Source of the DNA: the human T2T-CHM13v2.0 reference genome, Homo sapiens
Reading direction: 5' to 3' (one strand)
Length of the DNA: 64,000 nt
Assembly (NCBI RefSeq): GCF_009914755.1
Contig: NC_060936.1
Below are positions 28,522 to 42,739 of this stretch, piece after piece; positions within the stretch are counted from its first letter, which is position 1; every line of letters starts with the position of its first letter. The notes beneath the pieces are model-generated. The model ran no database searches and was not told the origin of the DNA. It saw only the letters and a program-made list of their open reading frames with translations. A program made the position numbers and the translations under genes.

Positions 28522-29315
28522 ATTTGATGGCGGTAGGCTTGGTTAAATTAAAAATAATGGTATATGAAATTACTTTAAACACAGAGGACTAAAATCTGTA
28601 GCTCAGACATTAAAAATCAATTTAAATGTATAACTGAGTCTATATTGTATATATTTATATATTATGCATATCTCAAAACTCAAAACTAAAGAGAAGAACA
28701 AATCAAAGGTAATCATATGCTGAAGCAGAAGGCAGTTCTAAGAGGTCATTTGTAAATCTCTTGTTATCCATGGTTTTTGTTCATTTTTTGGTGTGTTTTA
28801 CATTCTGTTGAAGTATAGCACAGGCATCAAAGAGTATAAATTATGAATGTAAACACCAATTAATTTTCATAAAGTGAGCACATCTATTTAATCAGTTTCC
28901 ATATGAAGAAATAGAACATTTAGTTCTATCTAGCTTCTTCAGGCTCCCTTTTTATTACTATTCCACTCTTCTCCTAAGATAACATCTATCAGATTTCTGC
29001 TTTAGAAGGCATGGAAAGACGAAAAACAAGGCCTTAAGTCTCCAATTTGATTGGTTCAGATTGGGAAGTTGAAATAGGTGACCCCACCTAAAGAAGGACT
29101 GCTGTTAGATGAAATAATAAGCTTAACAGCAACAAAATTCAATCCAAAAAGGAAAATTGTCTGTCTTGGTCTTTAATTGGGAAGAAGACTTCCCTAAATT
29201 TGATGTCATAAATAGCTATCATCAAGGTTCAAAACTTATTTCCATGTTACCTGAGCCTCCACAGCAAGCTATAACCAAGAAATTTTTCTCAAAAGTTATC
29301 AGGTGGTTTCCATCC

Positions 29316-29720
29316 TAGGGGAGACTGTAATTTCCAAATATATCCTCACCAATATGTATCCATCTCATATCCTTTTCAAACAAAGCCCCCTTCCTTGAAC
29401 CTGGGTAGACCTCTGTAACTTTGTGTAATAAAGCATGACAAATTATCCTATGTGATCTTTGAGGAGAGATCATAAAAGGCAATATACTCCACCTATCTTT
29501 CTCTTTTAAGGCAAGTGTCTTTGGAACTCTGAACTGCAATATAAAAAATGTGAGTACTCTGAACCTTTCTTGGTTGAAAGGATGCAAACATACAGAGAGA
29601 GTGATGTGAGAAGGCCCAGTTGTTTCATTCTCTAGATATTTGAGTCTTCTCTTGTAGACACCATGCATGAGAGTGAGGGAGCTAAACTTTCAGATAAGTC
29701 CAACTTAATAGCTGCTCAGG
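29316..29720 (+). mobile_element. MLT1G/H-like MaLR LTR, partial
   Basis: gactgtaatttccaaa, cccccttccttgaacctgggtagac, gatcataaaaggcaata. Confidence 0.65.
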
Positions 29721-29859
29721 CAGGTGGTAAAAGTAATACCTTTTTGAAGAAGCATGAGCTCAGAGAAGGTGTAATGGCATTCCCATGAATCCTCAGATTT
29801 GTAAAGCCCAACACATTCTATGCAGGACTAACTAGAGAAACTATATATTCAGAGTCAAG

Positions 29860-30760
29860 GAGAATAACTTCATGGCAGATAGAGAATAAAATAAGTATCG
29901 CCTACAAGAAATTAGACTGGCAATTGACTTGTATGCAGCAATAGAGAGGGTAAAATAGAGGAGAATAATGTACTTAAAGTACTAAATAAACATATCACAC
30001 CTATAATATATACACAGTGAGTTGAGACTAGATATGATATTTAATATATAATATCCAGCTTTACAGGTTAAAACAAAAAAGATTCAGAGCAACTTTTACA
30101 GTATTTAATTCATATATTTAAAAGAAGAAAATGACTAAAAATAACAACCTTGGATTATAGTTTAGATATTGCATATAAAATAGAATACAATATGCAAAAT
30201 TATAAGAAATGAAATGATAAAGAGAAGAGCAGGAATTAAAGAATTAGTCAACAAGTAAGTAGTGAGGATCAACAAATTGAAAGTAACATCTTTGAATACT
30301 TGTAAAAATCTAGCAAACTCTCACAAGCGTCATCAGGAAAAATCCCTAGAAAAAGGCACACATAAAGTTAAGGAGAATGACAAGAGGAGATAACTACAGA
30401 CACAGTTGGGAAGATAATGTGTAATACAAACAAGTGCTACAAAAGTGTATATTGTAAGATTCAATTTAAACAAAGGTTAGTAACTAGCAAAGTTATATAA
30501 TGTATTTTTTAATTAAAATGATGAAGATGAAAAAGGAAATGATAAACTGTAAACTTTAGGCAGTGAAGAAGGAAAAAGATGAAGATAAGAACATTAAAAT
30601 CAGTTCCCATCTGAAGAAATAGAACATTATTTCTATGTTCTATTGAAATGATATTTGACAAATTTATAAGTATTCATAGTATATTTATGTTATATATCAT
30701 ACTTATTCATTCTGCCTTATATATAAAATATTTCATAATTAGATTTTAAAAGATATTTTT
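29860..30760 (+). mobile_element. Very old L1M/L1ME fragments
   Basis: A-rich strand bias with L1-like patches (gaggagataactacagacaca, gattcaatttaaacaaagg). Confidence 0.45.
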
Positions 30761-32099
30761 CTTAGAAGGTGATAGTAATTGGGATAGCTAAGTGAATATA
30801 TCTAACTTTATGAATGTAACAATTTCTCATGAATTCAGAATACATTATACTTATCTTTGTAATTAGACATCCAGCTTAAAGGTAGATGAAAATGTAACTG
30901 ATCATATAGTTATGATTAGATATATTGGCAAAAATAACTTGTATCTTGAATATTTTACCTATGACTATTTTATCATTAAACATCTTCTCTATGAAAAAGA
31001 ATATTTAATTAAAACAAAAATGGTTTCTGGTTAAGAAATAAATCATATTTTATTGGAATGTTTATATAACAAATATTCCATAAATAGCATTTTAATAAAA
31101 TAGAAAATAACCTTATTTTAAAAATACTATTATTTCTTCAATTAGTTTGCTCGGGCAATTTCCTACACACTTTCTGTGGGAAATTTTTATTGTTCTTGCC
31201 TTATCTTTATGATCCAGAAATTTAAAAGGAGTTATGACATATTAAATAAATTGTTCAGGCCTTGAAATATTCAAATAATGGAAAATATGCCTTGATGAAA
31301 CACAGGCATGTTAGTCTTTGATTCTTTTAATGGTTTAGACTACTTTATGACTTTCTCTCAATAAAATCCATAAAATTAAAATGACCATGCAAGGGTTTAT
31401 GAAGCGCCTCTGACCCAACATCATGAAGCTAATGGTATCAAAATTGTTTCCTGAATCTGCTAAAATACCTGGAGGCAACTATTTTACAATACATGGATAG
31501 AGAGGAGGCCTGGGAAATCCATTGTTGGGGAAACCTCGCATCTGGCAGCTGTACACACACAAAGAAGTGTCAATGTCTACAAATTATATATTAAGCATTT
31601 TGAATTATGTCAAATGACACCTTATTCATCATACCTTAGAGAGAAATAAATGAGAAAGACCCTGACAAAGTTAGGTCTTGTTGTCTCTAACAACAAGAAA
31701 TGACTGATAAAGATTATTAGATCTTTAGATTAAGGTCTTCTCACCATTATTTCTTCCCTAAAAAATAAAAATTGCACCATCTGAAGGATTTGAGTTCAGA
31801 GGAATGGATTCTATATTCAAATTCTACTAAGAAAATTTTTTCTCTAAGCACTCTGATCGATTTAATACTCTGTGGTAAATATTTGATGTAATATGTTGGA
31901 AACTTACAAATATTGCTCTATATATATCAAAAAAAGGAACTAACATCTGTGGCTACAGAAATCTCACAGTCACTGGCTATGCATTGCCTGTTGTGGAAAG
32001 CCAAAGAGAGAATTGAAAAAAGGAGGCAATAAAATATAACAATTAGTCCAGTTGTTGTATTTGAGTGATAGCTACAACCTAGCTTTTGAAATATTTTAT

Positions 32100-32581
32100 T
32101 ATAGTATATTGTTTTGCTAGATAATTATCAGAAAAACCCCACCCAGAAGTGGTTTAAACAAGTTTTTTTTTAATTCTTTTTATCACATAACATGAAGAGG
32201 TAGTGATGGTAATAGCTATAGCAGCTCAATAACCTAATATTTCTATATCTGCAGTTCTCATGGGCTCTGCTCAAGACCCTAAGCTGACTGCCATGAACCC
32301 AGTAAAAAATATCTATATTTAAGGCAAGAAGAAAAAGAAAGGGTGGTTCAAGCTATACCTGTCTTTTTTATAAGGAAGCAAAGTATTCTCATGATCATTC
32401 CTTGTGGACTTTCATATGTGTACATCTTAATGTCCAGAACTGTTTCATGTTACTCTCTCTAAAGGCAATGAAGGCTGTAAGAATGAGACTTAACTTTCTA
32501 GGTTCTATAGTTAGTAGATGGGAGAAGCAGAAGATTTCTGGGAATAGAAATTCAATTAGGTGACCACTAGAATCTGCCACA
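32100..32581 (-). mobile_element. MLT1J/K-like MaLR LTR
   Basis: cagaaaaacccacccagaagtggtttaaacaa...ccagaactgtttcatg...aatctgccaca. Confidence 0.65.
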
Positions 32582-33054
32582 GTCATCAAAAACTTTATTC
32601 CATCATTCAATATATATTTGTTGAATGTCAAGTATTGTTCTATTTAAATAGCATATATACATATGTTAAATAGATAGACTACTTAATATGTATAAAATAT
32701 ATGTTTATAAATACCAAAAAAAAGTAATTTAGGAAAAAAGGTGAATCACTTCAGATAAAAAAAATCAGGATACAAGTTTACATTTGACAATGTACTTTTA
32801 ATAACTGAACCTGGATATTCTAGAAAATGTTATGAAAACAATTTTTGCACTGTAAGTAGTGCCATACTAGAATATGGAAGTGTGTATTTATAGAAAGTTT
32901 ATCAATATAAAGATGTTTCTGTAAAAAGATAATAATGCATATGACAAAGAGCTTAATGAACCACATTATACCTTTTATATACTTGTCAATTATTTTGATA
33001 CTGCTATTCAATTTCTTTTTCTTAATAAGGCAATAGCATAGACTTATGTTAGGG

Positions 33055-33174
33055 TAGATGATGATAATACATTTTGTTCTGTGAGAAAATGTGGGGAAAT
33101 GAAAAAGATAACTATAGATGATGATAATACATTTTGTTCTGTGAGAAAATGTGGGGAAATGAAAAAGATAACTA
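33055..33174. repeat. Perfect 60-bp tandem duplication
   Basis: tagatgatgataatacattttgttctgtgagaaaatgtggggaaatgaaaaagataacta twice, 0 mismatches. Confidence 0.99.
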
Positions 33175-33444
33175 AAGGGAATAATTTAATTGTGACATTA
33201 TGTATGAGATCCTGAGATAAGTATTATGAAAGGAAGAGTATCATTTTATAATAACAAAACTGTTTATGTGGTAAATTTAAGACAAATGTTAATTATTTTG
33301 TTTAAGAAGTGATTTTTCAGTTCTGATCTCATGAGGAATCATATAAGAAAAATTGAAGCAAATTCATTTCCTTTTTTGAAACTGAGAAAAGCCCATTTTG
33401 GAAGTTCAGAAAATAAAAACACTGCTATAATGTGTTCCATTACA

Positions 33445-33478
33445 TTTTTTTCTTTTCTTTTTCTTTTTCTTTTCTTTT

Positions 33479-33522
<44 letters not shown>

Positions 33523-33808
33523 AGACGGAGTCTCGCTCTGTTGCCCAGGCTTCAGAGTATAGTGGCATGAACTCAGCGGCTCACTGCAAGCTCCGCCTTC
33601 CGGGTTCTCGCCATTCTCCTGCCTCAGCCTCTTGAGTAACTGGGACTACAGGCACCCGCCACCACACCTGGCTAAATTTTTTGTGTGTTTTTAGTAGAGA
33701 CGGGGTTTCCCCGTGTTAGCCAGGATGGTCTCGATCTCCTGACCTCGTGAACCGCCTGCCTCAGCCTCCCAAAGTGCTGGGATTACAGGCGTGAGCCACC
33801 GCGCCCCC
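33445..33808 (-). mobile_element. AluY with ~77-nt tail (T41 plus TTTTC-type repeats)
   Basis: Y features gcaagctccgcc, gccattctcc, gttagccaggatggtctcgatctcc. Confidence 0.94.
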
Positions 33809-34167
33809 CTAATTGTTTTTTTCTTATTTTTTTTTAAATATTTGCTTTGAATGTCTAATCAACGTATATTTGTGTCACTTTGTTATTCATTTTATCTCCC
33901 AAACATCTCTATGGGATCAGTGCATAAATGAATTATTTTCCTGGCTAGAGCTACATTTATTTTATACAAGAGCAACTAATTGCTACAACACTTGGTTAAA
34001 ATCATCATTTCTTTTTCATGCTCACATTCTACTGAACCATTCCCAGTATCAGGAGGAGAGAAGACCATGACAGGGATTTACCTGTGTAGATTGTAACCAC
34101 CATCTTTGTTTGTCCTTACAACAAATTTGTTTACTTTCATTATCAAAATAACTTCCTATTCTCTATT

Positions 34168-34533
34168 TGGCATTGTCCTTGTGTTTGCTTTGCTATAAAA
34201 GAATATTTGGAGCTGGGTGTTTGTCAAAGAAAGATATTTATTTGGCTTATGTTTTAACAGGCTATACAAGAAGCATGGCACCAGCATCTGCTTCTGGTGA
34301 GGACTTATGGAAGTTTCCACTCACGGCAGAAGGGAGAGGGGAGCAGGCATCACATGATGAGAGAGAAAGAAAGAGAGGAGAAGGTGCCAGGTTCTTTTTT
34401 TAACAATCAGATCTGGACCCAGGAACTCAGAGCAATAAGTCACTCATTACCCCTTCCACCAGGCCCTGCCTTCAACCCTAGGGATCAAATTTCAACATGA
34501 GATTTGGAAAGGCCAGACATCCAAACTCTACTA
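34168..34533 (-). mobile_element. MSTB-like MaLR solo LTR
   Basis: aagaagcatggcaccagcatctgcttctggtgagg...gggatcaaatttcaacatgagatttgga. Confidence 0.85.
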
Positions 34534-34579
34534 GCCTATCAGTAGCCCCTTACTCTTCCAAGAATAAGGACATTCCTGC

Positions 34580-34870
34580 ATTAAAATGTATAATATAATG
34601 CTGAGTGATAAGCTCTTAAAATAAAAGTAAAAATAAATAGGTGAAATTAATGTTAATGATATATTTTATTTAACCAATATTCCAAAATATTATCATTTCA
34701 ATAGGTATTTAATGTATTAATAATTAATGAGATATTTTACCTTCTTTTTTGTACTAAGATCTCAAAATTCAGCCTTTATACCGTACTGCAATTCAGACTA
34801 GTTGCATTTCAAGTAGCCCATAGCCAAATGTGGCTTGTGGCTAGTGGCTACGGCCTTCATACAACTGTAG
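34580..34870. mobile_element. MER33 (hAT-Charlie) non-autonomous DNA transposon
   Basis: ccaaaatattatcatttcaa...aatgagatatttta...catttcaagtagcccatagccaaatgtggc..tagtggcta. Confidence 0.75.
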
Positions 34871-35176
34871 AGTATCTCTGTATCAATGTAGCAAATATTG
34901 TTTTCAATTGACTAAAACAACACATGTCCATTAACAATCAGGCATGGTACTGGGTTAAAATAATTTTGTGCAATTCAAGGTACTTGAGAAACATTAAGTA
35001 TCCAATAGCAAACTTATTCACAATAGGCATGATTATAGTATTTTTATTTTTTATAAATTAAGGGTGTTTACCATCAATAGGTCTTTATTAAAGGAGGTTT
35101 CAGGAAGAAGGGAACAGTGTATTGAAGGAAGGACTGAGTTGAAAGAATCATAGCTAAGCAAGAAAAAATATCAGTT

Positions 35177-35560
35177 TTATATATATATGTATACACACTC
35201 ATATAAAATCATGTTAATTATAATAATGTAATAACATTATAAATTGTTTATATATAATTGTATATGTTTAATGTGTATATACATAATGTACATATTAACA
35301 TATACATAATTATATATACATAAATTATATATGAACATTTTAAACATATATTAATATAATAATGTACATTATGTAATAATATTGTCATATTAATATTAAT
35401 TATGATAGTAATAGGTCTTATATTGATATATTAATACTGATATAATAATTAATATCAATATAATTATCATATATAACCATATTATAATGTTTAAAAGTAT
35501 GATGTTTAGATATATAATTAATGTATATGTAATTATGTATTTATATATGATTACCATTAT
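35177..35560. repeat. Degenerate (TA)/(TAA)-rich low-complexity tract
   Basis: Nearly all A/T, with imperfect tatat/taat units. Confidence 0.85.
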
Positions 35561-36871
35561 GTCGAAAGTACTGAAATAGTTCCTGAGAACATAGAATCAA
35601 ATAAAGAGAAAAATTTCTGAACTCATAGTACTTAGATTCTAGAGACAAGTAACAAAAAAAAATAAAATACATAGTAATTTATTGCAAACTACTATGATAT
35701 AATTAAATTGGAGAATGGAGATAGAGAGTATTCAAAAAGTCCTCCAATTTTTAAAAGGATGGTGAGGAAATTAAGTATATTTTTCACCTTTGTTGGTCAA
35801 TACATTTTTAGAGTGGAGCACAAAGCTTAGCTCAACTTTTTCCCCAAAGGGTATTCATTTAATTTGTAGTAGAAATAGGGCATATCTGAGTATAACTCAG
35901 GGTGCTATTAATAATTATCCTGATACAACAAGAGAAAATAAGGATTCTCCCAGGCAAAGTAAGAGCAAGAGCCAGCCTATACATACGTAGAAAAACTTCT
36001 GGCAATCCTTTATGCTGTATGTCCTTTTCCCCCTGAAAAAATAAGCTTAGCTCAAATACTACAGTATGTCAGTGTAAGTCTAATGCAAGATAATTAATTG
36101 CTGAGTGTATATATAGAGAAATGTTTGTTTGTATTGTTCTATAGTTTTAAAGATTATGAATTTTAAAAAGGGAGATATTAAAAAGAAATAAGAGAATTTT
36201 TCTACAATAAGAAATACCTAGAATATGTTAAACTAAAAAGTAAAAGTAAAATAAAGAATGTAAATAAAATGATTGAGGTAAAATAAGTACAATTTTAAAT
36301 AAAATAAAAATCATCAACTAAGAGGTTAAACTAGTATTTACAGAATAAGACTAAAATAAAGTGAATCCTATGAGCTAAATAATAATTTAGAATAAGCAGC
36401 AGAAAGGAAAATAAGAAACATAATAAATGAATAAAAATAAACTAGGTATAAGACTTCATAAGAAAGTCCCTGGAATGGTTCGGCTTCCTTACTAAGTAGG
36501 ATGTACAATCTCTGTTGCCGCTTGTTTCTCATCAGCTTCCTGTTGTTACATGCCATCCTCAACCACTTCCAGGTTCATATGTTGTTGATCCTTTCTGCCT
36601 TTACCCCAATATGCATATCTTTTTCATCTGCTAAAGGAAGAAAGACTCATTGATTTAAATTTGAAGACACAAACTATAGCTAAGAAATATTTTGAGCAAG
36701 ACCTTTCCTCAAGAATGTAAAAGCTGTATTTAATTTTTCTACATTTGTTTCTCCTCAATTTGTTTTTCTTAGATGAGCTATTGCCAATTCTTTCAAATTA
36801 AACTTTTCTAAAACAGGGAGTAATTCTCACTGTGAGAGACAAATGTAAATGGTTATTAAGTGTAAATATTC

Positions 36872-37053
36872 AGAGACATGTATTCTAAAATTTAGTGAGA
36901 ATAGCCTGGAAGTCTTGTTGAAATACAGATTGGTGTGCCACAACTAGTTTCTGATTCAGCAGGTCTGGGGTGGGGCCCAAGAATTGGTATTTCTAACAAG
37001 TACTCAGGTGATATTGATGTTGCTGGTCCAGAGACCCCAGTTGAGAATGACTA
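36872..37053. mobile_element. MER5A (hAT-Charlie)
   Basis: gtttctgattcagcaggtctggggtggggcccaagaattggtatttctaacaag...tgctggtccagagacc. Confidence 0.85.
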
Positions 37054-37598
37054 CACTCAACTGAAAGATACATTCTACTATGAACTACAGAAACGGTCTT
37101 TTTGTTCCCTGCCATTTATTGGAATAATTTACCCATACATTCTGCAAAATCTGATTATCTTAGAGGGAATGTTATTGACTCATGAGGCAATATTGCTCAC
37201 AAGTTGAGTTCATTTATAACTGGCACCTATTCACATGGCTGAAAGTTAATCTCTAAATTTTTATTTTCATACTAAAAGAAGAGAGAGAACACGTCTGGAT
37301 TGTTAGTGTTTGTACATGTGGTGAGACTTAATAAGAGATTCCACATAAAGTGTTTGATATAATGCCACAGAAGTATGTACTCAATACTGTTTAAAGAATG
37401 AAAAAAAAGGAAGAAAAGGAGAGCATTAAGAAAAATATTCAACATGGAACACATAATTGCAAGCAAAACACAATATCTCAACTTTCCAAAAATCTCTACA
37501 CAACATTTTTATATGTCTTATCCAATTCTTCACTCTACAGGTAAATCATAGTAGTAATAAAATGAAAAAGTTTTTTTCTATAAAAGTAAATGAAGTAA

Positions 37599-37918
<320 letters not shown>

Positions 37919-38780
37919 AAACATTTTTATTAAACTTACAAATACATTGCCTATAGAATTTAAAAACTGTGTAAGTATATTCTTATGCAGTGAATATATA
38001 TGTACTGTAAATTTTACATATGGGAATGATTTTGAGATTTTTTTCCCATGGCTTATGTATTAAATACATACAATCTACTAATATGTGGTAGTGATTAATT
38101 TCTTCTTTTCCTCCGTGATTTTGTGACTTCAATCTAAGGTTGTTGAGAATGAAAGATTCTGCTAGATATTAGAGAAGTAAAGAATTTTCCCCATTTACGA
38201 ATAAAATTAACCAAATTAAATTCCTAGATAACTATCTTAGCAAACAAATACAAAATTCTTAATGATAACCTCCATGCTAATTTTAGGAATGTAATTTCTT
38301 ACACTAAAAATGCTAGTGATAATTCTTTTATTTCAAATACATTTTTCTAGTTAAGATTATGTGTGCTTCCTCACATTTACTTAGCACCAATTCTAAATTC
38401 TGTTTTATGTCTGCATTGAAAGAGTCCCCAGAACTTTTCTCCTGATACCTGGAAAGGTAGAGGAATTAGTGTTAACTGTTTCTCAGTCTTTCTTGAATGA
38501 AATGAATGAAATTGTATTTTTAGCTAATGTAGCTGTAACAATTAATTTATAGTAACATGAGGTTAAAGAAAAACACACACAGCCATTAATTTAAATAATC
38601 CTTAGAAGGCATTATATATAATAATGATTTATGAGAGTATACTAACTGAGGACACACCCAAATTCTGTTGATATGTAAAATAAATAGCCTGGTCTACTGT
38701 GCTATGAATTCCTGCCAGTTCTCAGTGTGAGTTAGAGCTGTTTTGACTATTAAACAGCAAATAGTAACATCTGGAAATGT

Positions 38781-38795
38781 AAAGGTCAAAGGTCA
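38781..38795 (+). promoter_or_regulatory. Perfect DR1 nuclear-receptor motif / two overlapping NBREs
   Basis: AAAGGTCAAAGGTCA contains AGGTCA-A-AGGTCA in apparently unique sequence; function untested. Confidence 0.4.
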
Positions 38796-39264
38796 TTTTA
38801 CTCATGAAACTGCACAAGCATGATTCATAATAACCTGTATCTAACCTTCACATGAATTGAAGACTGCTGCTGACATTGCTGTATAAATAAATTTTAAAAA
38901 TCCATTCTTTCATTCTGTTGTGATTTTATTTTGATAACTTGTGTTACTTAAACAACTAGTACAGAATTCAATATTTCTTAATGCTTCATTCTTCTTTTTA
39001 AATTGAAAAGTGTTTTTGCTGAAATTAATTCCGTTGTAAGTATGTTATATTAATATTTGGCAGACAAGGTTTGCTAAAGTAAAAACTTTTCCATATAATT
39101 TTAAAGTTTACATGTTATTTTCTAGAACTTCTTTATTATGTTAATAATTGACTGTATTATATTTACATTTGAAAGCATGCACTACTTTAAATAATATTTT
39201 AAACAGAACTCCTGAATTTTCTTCTTCCCTTTCATTATTTCCCTCATATCTCATGACATACATT

Positions 39265-39646
39265 TTATGGGACTGAATGTTTTTGTTCTCCACCACTTGA
39301 AATGTGTATGTTAAAGCCTAGTCTTGCTGTATTTACAAATGGGGCCTCTAAGGAAGTAATTGAGGTAAAATGATTCCACAGGGTTAGTGTCCTTATAAGA
39401 AGAGACACCGTAGAGCTCTCAGTTTCCCCACCCACAACAAGCAGGCAAGAAGAGTTCATGTTAGCACATAGCAAGATGGCCAAGAGAAGAGGCCTCACCA
39501 GAAACTGAAAATACTGGCACCCTAATCTTGAACCTTTAAATTCCAGAACTGTGAGAAAATAAATTTTGATTTTTTAAGTCACCCAGTCTGTGCTGTTTTG
39601 TTTGTTTGTTTTTTGTTTTTATGGCAACTCAAGCTGACTAATAACA
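39265..39646 (+). mobile_element. MLT1A/B-like MaLR solo LTR
   Basis: tatgggactgaatg, gtgtccttataagaagagac, ccagaactgtgagaaaataaat, gctgactaata. Confidence 0.85.
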
Positions 39647-41289
39647 GCAGTTTACTTGGGTTTTTCAGAAGGTGAGGTGTGCGAGACTGTCCTCCCCACA
39701 CAGTATTTCATTGAGTTAAAGCATGGAGTTGGAGGGTATACTGTTCACAGATATTGGGTAATTTTGTTTGTAGATTTTAGAATTACCTAGTGACTATCAG
39801 GAAGTCTTAACTTTTAGCGGGCCAATTTCTAAATATTATCTGTAACTGACTAAAATGTCATCTCTTAGAAGAAGCCAAATAAAAAATATTTTAAGAGTTC
39901 CATATATAGGAGTGTTTTTGTATGTAATTAGGGCAGAGAAAATTTATCTTCCCCTTCCCTCTTTTGTGGATAAAATTGTCCCATTTTTGTTTCAATTCAG
40001 ATTGCTGAATATAATTTTAAATGTCCTCTGACTGAAATTCTGCTGCATTGACCCACAATCATAATAAGTCTAAAAAAATTTAAAGCATAAGGTGTGAATT
40101 CATTTGAAAAAGCAGAACTTCAAGAGAGCAGATGTTCCACAAGTATGTAGATTAGATATTATTGAGAAATCAATGTTTTACTGCTCTCAGCCCAGTTCCT
40201 TCGCCAGTATTGATTACTCTTAAACCAATAGATCAGGTTACTACTATTTAACTCCTTGTAAATTACTAAAATGGGTGAATCTCTGATTGAGTATAAAGGC
40301 TTTTAAAAATCATGGTGTTATTTCAATTGAGTTGTTTCTTATTAGAGAGAAGAACTTTTTAACATTCAATGATAATAATCTCAATATAGAAAGGTAAGTG
40401 ATTTGTTGCTAGATTGGGTTGGGTGAAGATTGGTTGGTTGCAATAATTAGTCATAATTTCTGAAGAGAGTGTTAGCGAAGCTGGTGAAATAAAGACAGCC
40501 ATTGGTCCTGGTGACATGAGGATGTTGTTCTTAGGGGAAGAAGGGAAAATAAACCAAGAATATCATTAAATTTTAGTTTTTAGAACATTTTAAAATTATA
40601 GTTCCATCACAATTAATATTTTATCTCCTATATTTGAAAAGTATTTTAATGTGTCTTTGTATTGAACTTTATAGCTATGAAGGCATATGCTTTATGATTA
40701 GTTGTAGATCTTGTCTAATAAGTACCAGGTGCTTGTCAGTTAACATTTGTCAGTTTTCTATCATTATCTGTGTGCAAATGTTTCTAGTTAAATAAAATAG
40801 GAGAATTGGGGACTATGAAAGGGTGAGCCTATACCTGGGTCCTAGCTGGTTGCATTTGATATGCTAACGTTGAATGTCTGGTTTCTTTAAATAACATATT
40901 AAAGACAAAGGATTGAGAAAAAAATGACAGGTTTTGACCTTAAGTGGAGCATTTGCAGATGAATTTTATTTTGTAAAATAAAAAAAGAAAATGCAAAAAG
41001 ACTGGTTTAACACAAGAAAATAAAATTGTACTACAATTACATTTGGGTCAGCATGTTTTTGGTAACAAATAAAACTTTCATATCACTTTGGCTTTGTGTG
41101 TAATATTATATGGAAAGTATTCTTAAAAACTACACATTACCTAGAGTGCTAATATTCCTGATCAAATATCTAAGGAAGTATACAGACATCTAACCAGGCA
41201 AATAATACTATACTGGCATTGGGGAAAAATAAATAGTTCTCGGTAATTTTTCTTAATTAATTTGTCTTAGGATTTTAGAGCTTGCTGGA

Positions 41290-41295
<6 letters not shown>

Positions 41296-41353
<58 letters not shown>
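41296..41353. repeat. Compound (TG)n(GA)n microsatellite
   Basis: About 15 TG units followed directly by about 13 GA units. Confidence 0.98.
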
Positions 41354-42739
41354 TTATGACAGCAGATTTCCAAAATTCAACTGGTAAAGATTGGTGAGAA
41401 TTTATTACCATGAATAAGTGCTCAAGTTTAGAATAACTGCATGAAGTTTTAGACTTTTCTCTGGTATCTAACTCAGTTTTAAAAAGAGGCTTACCATCTG
41501 TATCTTGTGGTTTGTTTTTTTTTTCGTTTTTATAAATGACCTTCTGCTGTTGCTTTTTTCCTCACCTTTGACTGCCTTTAAATAATCACTGAATCTTACT
41601 TTCAATATGATACACATTATTTAAGAACTTGGTGTATTAGAAAGGATATCATCATTATGTCAGACGTTCTAGAAGACACAATTCTGCTTACTCCCTATTC
41701 CTTTTTTTTTATTTTTTCAATTCCTGGCCAGTGATCCAGACACACAACTCAACTTGCTTGTTTGATATATTTATCCAATCTACCTCTAGAGTGAGTAAAA
41801 CCACACTTCTTTTGCTTTAAAACTTTTATTCACCTTATATAGTCAATTGCTACATCTTATGGTACACAATTTTAATATTGTCCAAAGTGTCATAGAAATA
41901 CCTCCCATTTCAATTATTTCAAAAAGTGATGATGTTTATATGCAGAATACATTGGAGAGGAGCAAGAATGTAGACTGTTGCATCAATCGAAGTGAGATGA
42001 GTTGCTACAAGTAAAGATAGAAACGAGAGGGACTTTTTAAATCATTTTGGAATTAAAATAATAAACAGTTCTTTGAGTATGATTACAATTGGGGGAGAGA
42101 GATTAAAGGCTAATAATGTTATCTAAATTATTGGTGTCGAAAACTGGAAAACATAAGATGTATTATGTTGAGGAAGACTGAGAGAGAAAATTTTAGGGCA
42201 TATTGTCTTTCTTCCAACATAGTGGACAGGCATGGACTGGGATAAACATGATATCTTTGCAGTAATTCTAGGTGTTTTCATTTTAATCACTCACCACTTT
42301 GCTATAAGCAAATGTGATCATCCTTAGAAGTTGCCTGTGATTCCTGAAACTATCTGATACTTTGGAAGGAAGCAGCAAATGTGAGCTAACAGTGACTTCT
42401 ATAGCTTAATGTGTCTATTACTCACTGATTTTGTAAGCATCTAATTCCCTGTATCAAATCTCTTCCTGTTTCAAATAACTATAATGAGTTCTGCTTTATG
42501 GACACAACCTTGACTAATCCTTTATCTCAGTTATTTAAAATAAATGCATTAATTTGAAAGGAAATATGTCAAAAAGTTTCCTTAATATCACCTGCTGAAA
42601 TAGAGTGGGGAGAAGTGATTCTTGACAAAATAATCTTGGAAAATATTTTTATTTTCATAAATTTATATATTTAGAAGCAGTTAAAATTTTATAATCAAAA
42701 AAATGTATATTCTGAATTCTATATAATTATAATAAATAT

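Noticed and set aside
27683-33174. Direct repeats considered as a CRISPR-like array
   Set aside because: Only two copies each, no regular spacers, no cas genes, and a human context.
35177-35560. AT-rich tract as a possible origin, MAR or fragile-site element
   Set aside because: Ordinary decayed (TA)n low-complexity sequence; function cannot be supported from sequence alone.
37520-37548. Possible recursive splice site ttcttcactctacag|gtaaat (similar at ~9130-9145)
   Set aside because: Weak donor, no evidence of a host transcript or strand, and such motifs are common.
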